34,727 bases of DNA, from assembly GCA_031379345.1 (NCBI GenBank), contig JANNFA010000023.1, forward strand, positions 1 to 34,727, given 5' to 3'. Position numbers and translations under genes: made by a program. Within the stretch, counting starts at the first letter, position 1. Every line of letters begins with the position of its first letter. The stretch comes from Candidatus Omnitrophota bacterium (GTDB lineage Bacteria > Omnitrophota > Gorgyraeia > 2-02-FULL-51-18). The notes beneath the pieces are model-generated. The model searched no databases. It saw only the letters and a program-made list of their open reading frames with translations, and was not told where the DNA came from. Positions 27,840 through 34,727 of this stretch are shown here, in pieces.

Positions 27840-28664
27840 ATGACAAAAATTGTTGCGATTTGTAATCAAAAAGGCGGGGTAGGGAAGACCAGCACCGCTG
27901 TTTCTTTGGCCTCTGGCCTTGCACTAGAAGGTCGTAAAACCCTCCTGATAGACCTAGATCCGCAGGGCAATGCCACCAGCGGTCTGGGAATTAACAAGAC
28001 TGAAGTTCAAAAATCTATTTACCACGCACTCTTGGAAAACACCCCATTGGCAGACATATTATTGCCAACCTGTGTCGAGAACCTTCTAGTTGTTCCTGCC
28101 AACCAGGACTTGGCCGGGACGGAAGTCGAGCTTGTTGGAGAGTTGGGAAGAGAGGGGAGGCTTCGAAAGGCGCTTGCACAACTAGACCCATCTTTTGACA
28201 TCGTCATCATTGACTGCCCGCCATCTTTCGGTCTTTTAACCATTAATTCTCTGACCGCGGCACACTCTGTTCTGATTCCGATCCAGTGCGAATACTATGC
28301 CTTGGAAGGCTTGAGTCAATTGATGAAGACCATCGGTTTGATTCGCGATAACCTGAATCCCGCGCTTGAAATCGAAGGCATCGTGATGACCATGGCAGAT
28401 TATCGAACCAAACTAACTCAAGAAGTCATCGACGAGGTGCGAAAGCATTTCTCGGACAAAGTCTATAAAACCGTGATTCCTAGAAATATTCGTTTGAGCG
28501 AAGCGCCGGGCTTCGGCAAGCCAATCTTTCTTTATGATAAGGATTCCGAAGGGGCCCGTAAGTACAAAGAACTGACGAAAGAGTTCATTTTAAATAATGC
28601 AAGTCATTTATATAAAACGGGTTATGAGAATAAAGAGCAAAATCAAGCATCGATCGTTACGTAG
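27840..28664 (+). CDS. parA: Chromosome partitioning ATPase ParA/Soj
   Basis: Deviant Walker A NQKGGVGKTS. I chose the ATG at 27840 (MTKIVAICNQKGG) over the upstream TTG at 27804. Confidence 0.9.
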   Translation: MTKIVAICNQKGGVGKTSTAVSLASGLALEGRKTLLIDLDPQGNATSGLGINKTEVQKSIYHALLENTPLADILLPTCVENLLVVPANQDLAGTEVELVGELGREGRLRKALAQLDPSFDIVIIDCPPSFGLLTINSLTAAHSVLIPIQCEYYALEGLSQLMKTIGLIRDNLNPALEIEGIVMTMADYRTKLTQEVIDEVRKHFSDKVYKTVIPRNIRLSEAPGFGKPIFLYDKDSEGARKYKELTKEFILNNASHLYKTGYENKEQNQASIVT

Positions 28665-28673
28665 GAGACAAAC

Positions 28674-29519
28674 ATGGACAGAAAAGTTCTAGGACGCGGA
28701 TTAGAAGCGCTGATTCCACAGGTTCCGGCTGATTCTAGAGAAAAAGTTCAGTCTCTCAAATTGGAGCAAATTCAGGCAAGCCGTTTTCAGCCCCGTCTTA
28801 CCTTTTCAGAAGAAAAAAGTCAGGATTTAGCACGTTCCATTCAGGAGCAGGGCGTCATCCAGCCCGTGTTAGTGAGGATGGTCGATACCGACCGGTATGA
28901 GCTTATCGCCGGTGAGCGGCGTTTTCGTGCGGTGAAATCACTGGGTCTTGCCGAGATTCCGGCGATCGTGCGCCGCGTGGCGGATGCCGATGTATTGGAA
29001 ATGTCCATTATCGAAAATATTCAACGTGAAGAGTTGAATGCCTTGGAAGAGGCCAAGGCCTACCGCCGTCTGGCGCAGGAGTTCGGACACACCCAAGACC
29101 GCATCGCCAGCCGCGTCGGAAAAGATAAGACGTCTATATCTAACCTATTGCGATTACTTAACTTACCAGATAAAGTGCAGGAGTATTTGTCGACGAATAT
29201 GATCAGTTTTGGTCATGCTAAAGCGCTCCTTTCTATCCACGATGAAAAGCGCCAGACGCTGCTTTGTGAGAAAATCGTGAAAAATGGACTTTCTGTCCGT
29301 CAAATAGAACAGCTCACCGGGGGCGGAAATCGCAGCCGTGCCAAAGTAGGTGTCAGAAAAGAGCAGGACAATGAACTTCGTTCGATTGAAGAGAGATTGC
29401 AACAGACTTTGGGGACCAAAGTACGAATCCATCATGGTAAAAAGCGCGGTAAGATCGAGATAGAATACTACTCTTTAGACGACTTGGACCGCGTCCTGCG
29501 GCTCCTGCGGCTCAAATAA
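28674..29519 (+). CDS. parB: Chromosome partitioning protein ParB/Spo0J
   Basis: 281-aa ORF with ParB box GERRFRA and HTH region GHTQDRIASRVGKDKTSISNLLRLL. AGGAG before the ATG. Confidence 0.9.
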   Translation: MDRKVLGRGLEALIPQVPADSREKVQSLKLEQIQASRFQPRLTFSEEKSQDLARSIQEQGVIQPVLVRMVDTDRYELIAGERRFRAVKSLGLAEIPAIVRRVADADVLEMSIIENIQREELNALEEAKAYRRLAQEFGHTQDRIASRVGKDKTSISNLLRLLNLPDKVQEYLSTNMISFGHAKALLSIHDEKRQTLLCEKIVKNGLSVRQIEQLTGGGNRSRAKVGVRKEQDNELRSIEERLQQTLGTKVRIHHGKKRGKIEIEYYSLDDLDRVLRLLRLK

Positions 29520-29607
29520 TCCTTCATTGACAAAAAAGGGCGCCCTGGTCTAAACTGTCCGACACTGTAAGTTTATTAAGCGTCGGCAATTAGATTAAAA
29601 AAAGGCC

Positions 29608-30108
29608 ATGGAAGAACCCACACTCGTCATCATCAAACCGGACGGTTTGCTCAAGTCCCTCACGGGGAATATTCTGACCAAACTTTCAGATTCCCATTTG
29701 GTCATTATCGCGGCCAAAATGAAGACCGTTTCCCGTGAATTGGCGGAAGAGCACTACATGCACATGAAGGACAAACCTTTTTTTGAAGAGATCGTCCGTT
29801 ATTTGATGGGAGAGTTTCATACCAAGCGTACGATGGCCTTGGTTTACTATGGCGAAGATGCCATCCAGCGGGTGCGCAAGATTTGCGGCGCAACGAATCC
29901 CGAAGAGGCCGATCCGGCCTCGATCCGCGGTGCTTACGGGCGCATTACAACTAAAGGTGTGTATGAGAACGTGATCCACGCATCCTCGAATGCGGTCGAC
30001 GTTCAACGAGAGATCAAGCTCTGGTTCGAGCCCGACGAGATTCTCATCGATAAACTCTATCCCACCAAAGAAACCACGAAGACGATCAAAACAAGGATCT
30101 GGGCTTGA
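29608..30108 (+). CDS. ndk: Nucleoside diphosphate kinase (with C-terminal extension)
   Basis: 166-aa ORF with TLVIIKPDG, GATNPEEADPASIRG and NVIHAS (catalytic His). Confidence 0.8.
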   Translation: MEEPTLVIIKPDGLLKSLTGNILTKLSDSHLVIIAAKMKTVSRELAEEHYMHMKDKPFFEEIVRYLMGEFHTKRTMALVYYGEDAIQRVRKICGATNPEEADPASIRGAYGRITTKGVYENVIHASSNAVDVQREIKLWFEPDEILIDKLYPTKETTKTIKTRIWA

Positions 30109-30118
30109 CCGTGTTTCA

Positions 30119-31006
30119 ATGATCAAGAGCATGACCGGCTTTGGTCAAGCGGAGCTCAAGTCTTCCCAAGGCAGTTTCCGAGTCGAGCTGAAATCCACGA
30201 ATCATAAATTCTTGGAGATTTCTAGCCGTGTTCCCGGACATCTGTCGGAGTTTGAGGAAGCGATGCGCCGTGAGATAGGGAAGAAGATACGCCGAGGAAA
30301 AATACTTTTATTTGTTTCGTGCCCAGATCCTTCGGTGTTTTCAAGCCGCTTGGTGGTAAATGAAGGTCTCGCGCGCGAGGTTTTTCAGAAGGCCGTTTCT
30401 GTTCGCAAGATGCTGAAAATGGAGCGCGTGTCGGATGATGCGCTCTTGCGCGAGGTACTGCGTTATCCGGATGTACTGACGAAAGACGCGTCGACGGACA
30501 AGCGTTCGGCATACACGACGAAATTGACGGGTGTGCTTTCGGCGGCGTTGGCGGATTTTGACCGCGTGCGCCAAGCCGAAGGCGCGGCACTACTGCGCGA
30601 CTTGAAAAAGCGCGTAAATGAAGTGCGTACGGCACTCAGGGGGATTGAAAAAAGACTACCGCTTGCGGCAAAAAGTTTTAAGAAGAGCCTCGAGTTGCGG
30701 CTCAAGGATTTTCTGAAGGACAGTGAGCTCGATAAAGAAAGGCTCACGATCGAAGTCGCGCAGTATTTGAAGAGCTCGGATATTTCTGAGGAAGTGACGA
30801 GGCTCAACAGTCATTTGGCCGGCATGGAGCGTGCGCTGAAAGAGGCGGGGGAGCTTGGCCGAAAATTAGATTTTATCGCGCAAGAGATGACGCGCGAAAC
30901 GAACACGATCGGCGCGAAATCATCCGACTCCGTTATCACCGATGCGGTGATACGCGTCAAGTCGGCGATAGAAAAAATAAGGGAGCAGGCGCAAAATGTG
31001 GAGTAA
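30119..31006 (+). CDS. yicC: YicC-family stress-induced protein / endoribonuclease
   Basis: Starts MIKSMTGFG, the typical YicC N-terminus, with the C-terminal DUF1732 pattern EEVTRLNSHL...LDFIAQEMTRETNTIGAKS. I chose the internal ATG at 30119 over the ORF-track start. Confidence 0.85.
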   Translation: MIKSMTGFGQAELKSSQGSFRVELKSTNHKFLEISSRVPGHLSEFEEAMRREIGKKIRRGKILLFVSCPDPSVFSSRLVVNEGLAREVFQKAVSVRKMLKMERVSDDALLREVLRYPDVLTKDASTDKRSAYTTKLTGVLSAALADFDRVRQAEGAALLRDLKKRVNEVRTALRGIEKRLPLAAKSFKKSLELRLKDFLKDSELDKERLTIEVAQYLKSSDISEEVTRLNSHLAGMERALKEAGELGRKLDFIAQEMTRETNTIGAKSSDSVITDAVIRVKSAIEKIREQAQNVE

Positions 31007-31624
31007 ATGCGGAGCATTTACGGAATCCGCCAAGCATTGTGGCGGATTGACTCAATCGTGAAAGGCAGACTGTTCGTCATTTCCGCATCGTCGGGCACGG
31101 GCAAGACCACGCTCGCGAAGGAACTTTTAAAGAAAGACCGCAAGCTCGTGCAGTCCATCTCCTGCACGACTCGCAAACCCCGCCACAACGAGCGGCAGGG
31201 AAAAGATTATTTTTTCGTGACGAAGAAAGAGTTCAAGGCCATCAAGAAGAAAAATGGTTTTTTGGAATGGGCGAACGTGTTCGGCCGTTACTACGGCACG
31301 CCCAAAAAGGAAGTGGAGCAGCATCTAAAAAATAAGCGCGATGTGCTTCTTCTGATCGATGTGCAAGGCGCAAAGTCCGTGAAGAAAGCAAAGCCGGACG
31401 CGGTGTTTATCTTTCTCGCGCCGCCATCCAAGGAAGAGTTGAAGAAGCGCCTGATACGCCGCGGGACCGAGAGTCCCAAGGAGATCGAGCGGCGTTACCG
31501 CGTGGCGACGCGCGAGTTGAAAGAACTGAACGAATTGAGACTTTGTGATTACCGCATCGTGAATCGCGAGATCCCGGTGGCGCGGCAAGTGTTGGAAGCG
31601 ATCATCCGCGCGGAGAGACAATGA
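31007..31624 (+). CDS. gmk: Guanylate kinase
   Basis: P-loop ISASSGTGKTTL, plus CTTRKPR and EWANVFGRYYGT. GGAG lies 3 nt before the ATG. Confidence 0.9.
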   Translation: MRSIYGIRQALWRIDSIVKGRLFVISASSGTGKTTLAKELLKKDRKLVQSISCTTRKPRHNERQGKDYFFVTKKEFKAIKKKNGFLEWANVFGRYYGTPKKEVEQHLKNKRDVLLLIDVQGAKSVKKAKPDAVFIFLAPPSKEELKKRLIRRGTESPKEIERRYRVATRELKELNELRLCDYRIVNREIPVARQVLEAIIRAERQ

Positions 31625-32154
31625 ATATTTTATTGGGAGTATCCGGCTCTATCGCGGCGTACAAAGCCTGCGACCTCATTACGGAACTCCGCGACAAAGG
31701 TCATTCGGTGCAAGTGGTGATGACGAAGGACGCACATCACTTTGTGACGCCCTTGGCGCTTCAGAGTTTTGCGGGCACGGAAGTCGTGCAGGATTTTTTT
31801 TCACTCGAAGGTCGCGTGAAGCCGGTTCACATTGAACTGGCGAAAAAAGCAGACCTGATTTTAGTCGCACCCGCCACGGCGGATATTATCGCAAAGCTGG
31901 CGCATGGTTTGGCCGATGACGTGCTCACTTGTTCCGCTCTTGCAAGTGATGCGCCCCTTGTTATCGCGCCGGCAATGAACGAAAAGATGTGGTTTCATGC
32001 GGCGACGCAAGAGAACATTGAAAAATTGAAAAAACGCGGAGCGTCTATCGTTGCGCCCGTCGAAGGCCATCTGGTTTGCATGGACAAGGGCATGGGACAC
32101 TTGGCCGAGAATGCGTCCATCGTGAAAGCTGTCGAGTCAGCGAAACGGAAGTGA
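31621..32154 (+). CDS. coaC: Phosphopantothenoylcysteine decarboxylase (flavoprotein, stand-alone CoaC)
   Basis: 177-aa ORF with ILLGVSGSIAAYKA and PAMN motifs. ATGA overlap with gmk. Confidence 0.85.
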   Translation: MNILLGVSGSIAAYKACDLITELRDKGHSVQVVMTKDAHHFVTPLALQSFAGTEVVQDFFSLEGRVKPVHIELAKKADLILVAPATADIIAKLAHGLADDVLTCSALASDAPLVIAPAMNEKMWFHAATQENIEKLKKRGASIVAPVEGHLVCMDKGMGHLAENASIVKAVESAKRK

Positions 32155-32768
32155 GATTGAGATTTCTCGTCACATCGGGACCCACGCAGGAACCGATCGA
32201 CCCGGTGCGTTTTATTTCGAATCACTCGACCGGTGTGATGGGGAAGAATGTGGCGCTAGAGGCGAAAAAGCGCGGCCACTATGTAGAATGGGTGGAATGC
32301 CCCAAGCGCGCGGCCACGGCGCTGGAACTTGAAAAACTTTTGAAGAAGCTCACGCCGAAGTCGGATGTGCTCGTGATGGCGGCGGCCGTGGCGGATGTGC
32401 GGCCAGCGGATTTTTCGGGCACGAAGATAAAAAAAGATAAATTGCACGCGATACGGTTGGTGAAGAACCCGGACGTTTTAGCGGGCCTCGCGCGAAAGAA
32501 GAAAAAGGGACAGGTTTTTATCGGATTTGGCCTAGAGTCCGCAGACCTTGTGAAGAACGGAAAGACGAAGCTCCGAAAAAAAGGCCTCGAGCTCATCGTT
32601 CTTCAGAAAGTAACGAAGACGAACAAGCCGTTCGGTGACAAAGCGGTGGACGCGACGCTGCTGGATGCGAAGGGCGGAATTAAAAGACACGCGGCGATCT
32701 CTAAAGCGAATCTCGCGCGCGTGCTGGTGAGACGGGCCGAAGCGCTGTTTGCTTCGAAGAATTTATAA
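32151..32768 (+). CDS. coaB: Phosphopantothenate-cysteine ligase (stand-alone CoaB)
   Basis: The GTG at 32151 overlaps the coaC TGA (GTGA). FLVTSGPTQEPIDPVRFISNHSTGVMG is the CoaB signature. The start could also be TTG 32157. Confidence 0.8.
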   Translation: MRLRFLVTSGPTQEPIDPVRFISNHSTGVMGKNVALEAKKRGHYVEWVECPKRAATALELEKLLKKLTPKSDVLVMAAAVADVRPADFSGTKIKKDKLHAIRLVKNPDVLAGLARKKKKGQVFIGFGLESADLVKNGKTKLRKKGLELIVLQKVTKTNKPFGDKAVDATLLDAKGGIKRHAAISKANLARVLVRRAEALFASKNL

Positions 32769-32772
32769 GTTT

Positions 32773-32843
32773 GGCGCGATGGCCGAGCAGTTAGGCAGAG
32801 GTCTGCAAAACCTCGTAGACCGGTGCAACTCCGGTTCGCGCCT
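32773..32843 (+). tRNA. tRNA-Cys (anticodon GCA), atypical T and D loops
   Basis: Hand fold: acceptor GGCGCGA/TCGCGCC, anticodon stem GAGGT/ACCTC, loop CTGCAAA, T-arm ACCGG-TGCAACT-CCGGT. No CCA encoded. Confidence 0.7.
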
Positions 32844-32862
32844 CGAGTTTGAAAGAGTTCAT

Positions 32863-32946
32863 GCCGGGGTGGCGGAACTGGCAGACGCACAGGACTTAAA
32901 ATCCTGTATCCTTCGGGGTGTGAGAGTTCGATTCTCTCCCCCGGCA
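32863..32946 (+). tRNA. tRNA-Leu (anticodon UAA), long variable arm
   Basis: Acceptor GCCGGGG/CCCCGGC, anticodon stem CAGGA/TCCTG, loop CTTAAAA, T-arm GAGAG-TTCGATT-CTCTC. No CCA encoded. Confidence 0.9.
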
Positions 32947-32967
32947 CGGATTTGAGAAGAGTTTTAC

Positions 32968-33044
<77 letters not shown>

Positions 33045-33062
33045 TTTTTTAAAAAAGGTAAA

Positions 33063-34727
33063 ATGTCAAAATTAGAAGCTGAACAATACACCGACCTCGA
33101 CAAGCTGAGGCATAGCTGTGCGCACGTGCTCGCGCAGGCCGTGAAGCGGAAATATCCGCATGCGAAGCTCGGCTTCGGGCCTCCCGTCGATGGCGGCTTC
33201 TATTACGACATTCATCTTTCCGAGTCTCTGACCGAAGATGATCTTTCCGCTATCGAGAAGGTGATGGAAGAGATCGTGAAGGCCAATTACCCTTTCGAAA
33301 AGAAAATGCTCTCCGCGACGGACGCCCGAAAGATATTCAAAGAAAAGAACGAGGATTTCAAAGTAGAGACCATCGACCAGCTGGAAGGGAAAGAAGACCT
33401 TTCTATCGTCGTCGACGGCGACTTCACCGACCTTTGCAAATACCCGCACGCACATTCGACGGGACTCATCAAAGCCTTCAAGCTCACCAGCATCGCCGGA
33501 GCCTACTGGAAAGGCCAAGAGGGCGGGCCCGTGATGCAGAGAATTTACGGCACGGCGTTCCCATCAAAAAAGGAACTCGACGAACATCTCAAATTGCTTG
33601 AAGAGGCGAAGAAGCGTGATCACCGCAAGGTCGGCAAAGAGCTCAACCTTTTCATGTTCACCCCGCTGGCAGCGGCCTCGCCGATATTCAAACCCAAAGG
33701 CACCATCATCTACAATCTTCTGCAGGAATACATCCGCAGCCTCTATCAGCGGGAGGGCTACCAGGAAGTCATCACTCCGCAGGTTTTCGACGTGGAGCTC
33801 TGGAAAAAGTCAGGCCACTACGAAAAATACAAAGATAATATGTATTTCACGATGGTCGAAGAGAGAGAATGCGCGGTCAAGCCGATGAATTGTCCCAGCC
33901 ACACGCTGATCTATGCGTCGGAGCTGCGCTCGTATCGTAATCTTCCCATCCGTATCGCTGATTTCGGACGCCTACACCGCTATGAGCGCTCCGGTGTCAC
34001 GGCGGGTTTGACCCGTGTACGCACCTTTTCGCAGGACGATGCCCATATTTTTTGTCGTGAAGACCAGATCGGTTCGGAGATCGCGGGCGTCTGCCGCATG
34101 ATACGCGAGGTCTACACAACTTTCGGATTTCCAGAATGCAAAGTGTTCTTGTCGACTCGCCCCGAAAAGAAAGTGGGTTCGGATGAGACTTGGGACAAAG
34201 CAGAAGCCGCGCTTGAAGAGGCAGTGAAAGCCAACGGCCTTGCATTTACTGTGAATGCCGGCGATGGCGCGTTCTATGGACCGAAGATCGATTTTGTCGT
34301 GCAAGATGTGCTTCAGCGCGATTGGCAGCTTGGCACCATCCAACTTGATTTCAACATGCCGGAGCGCTTTGGTCTCGAATTCAGAAACGCGGAAGGCGGC
34401 GTGTCACGGCCGGTCATGATTCACCGCGCGGTGCTCGGTTCTCTTGAGCGCTTCATGGGGATACTTATCGAGCATTACGGCGGCTCGTTTCCCGTCTGGC
34501 TTTCGCCGGTACAGGTTTCCGTAATTCCCGTCGCTGAGGCGCATGAAGCGTATGCCTCTGAAGTAAAAAAATCACTCGAGCAAGCGGGTGTTCGTGTCGA
34601 GATCCAAAGCTCGGACGACAGATTGGGCAATAGAATACGTAAAGCTCAAAATGAAAAGATTCCCTACATGCTCGTCGTGGGAGAAAAAGAAATTCAGTCA
34701 CAAACAGTCGCGGTCCGCTCGCGCTCC
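33063..34727 (+). CDS. thrS: Threonyl-tRNA synthetase, first 555 codons; runs off the right edge; lacks an N-terminal TGS domain
   Basis: Not in the ORF track because there is no stop. My translation is MSKLEAEQYTDLDKLRHSCAHVLAQAV...GFYYDI...AKKRDHRKVGKEL...KPMNCPSH...FSQDDAHIF...VMIHRAVLGSLERF. Confidence 0.95.
   Translation, partial: MSKLEAEQYTDLDKLRHSCAHVLAQAVKRKYPHAKLGFGPPVDGGFYYDIHLSESLTEDDLSAIEKVMEEIVKANYPFEKKMLSATDARKIFKEKNEDFKVETIDQLEGKEDLSIVVDGDFTDLCKYPHAHSTGLIKAFKLTSIAGAYWKGQEGGPVMQRIYGTAFPSKKELDEHLKLLEEAKKRDHRKVGKELNLFMFTPLAAASPIFKPKGTIIYNLLQEYIRSLYQREGYQEVITPQVFDVELWKKSGHYEKYKDNMYFTMVEERECAVKPMNCPSHTLIYASELRSYRNLPIRIADFGRLHRYERSGVTAGLTRVRTFSQDDAHIFCREDQIGSEIAGVCRMIREVYTTFGFPECKVFLSTRPEKKVGSDETWDKAEAALEEAVKANGLAFTVNAGDGAFYGPKIDFVVQDVLQRDWQLGTIQLDFNMPERFGLEFRNAEGGVSRPVMIHRAVLGSLERFMGILIEHYGGSFPVWLSPVQVSVIPVAEAHEAYASEVKKSLEQAGVRVEIQSSDDRLGNRIRKAQNEKIPYMLVVGEKEIQSQTVAVRSRS

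Noticed and set aside
29686-30807. Minus-strand ORFs opposite ndk and yicC, and the 33072-34701 minus-strand ORFs opposite thrS
   Set aside because: They are antisense to genes with clear signatures, and they have no RBS or motifs.
32076-32154. coaBC as a frameshifted pseudogene
   Set aside because: The junction is a clean GTGA stop/start overlap and both domains are intact. I treat them as two coupled genes, though read-level confirmation is advisable.

Overview
This window is the chromosomal replication-origin neighbourhood of a bacterium with moderate GC and very compact genes, many joined by ATGA or TAATG stop/start overlaps. The left arm is almost all on the minus strand. It carries cysN (partial) and cysD, small membrane and TPR proteins, and an SOS operon (lexA, a Y-family polymerase, tag) with a GAAC-N4-GTTC box inside its promoter. 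Next come a SleB-like hydrolase, a pseudouridine synthase, an M29-like peptidase, a PQQ sugar dehydrogenase and tex (+). A more AT-rich accessory block follows: a fatty-acid-hydroxylase-like protein, a TM zinc-ribbon protein, a Pif1-family helicase and a wHTH-GHKL ATPase-STAS-like fusion. Upstream of that block are five palindromic ATTGNCAAT sites at exact 22-bp phasing. Beyond them lies a GC-rich hairpin module bracketed by an 11-bp duplication of the tRNA-Glu 3' end. The arm ends with tRNA-Glu, gyrA, gyrB, a DUF721/DciA-like gene, dnaN and dnaA. The right arm is all on the plus strand: rpmH, rnpA, yidD, yidC, mnmG, parA, parB, ndk, yicC, gmk, coaC, coaB, tRNA-Cys/Leu/Val and thrS (partial). 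Perfect DnaA boxes flank dnaA on both sides, suggesting a bipartite oriC. I saw no CRISPR array, transposase, integrase or rRNA. The best candidate for something undescribed is the wHTH-GHKL-STAS/Pif1 cassette with its phased operator array and the tRNA-linked scar beside it. All functional calls rest on motif recognition by eye, with no database search.
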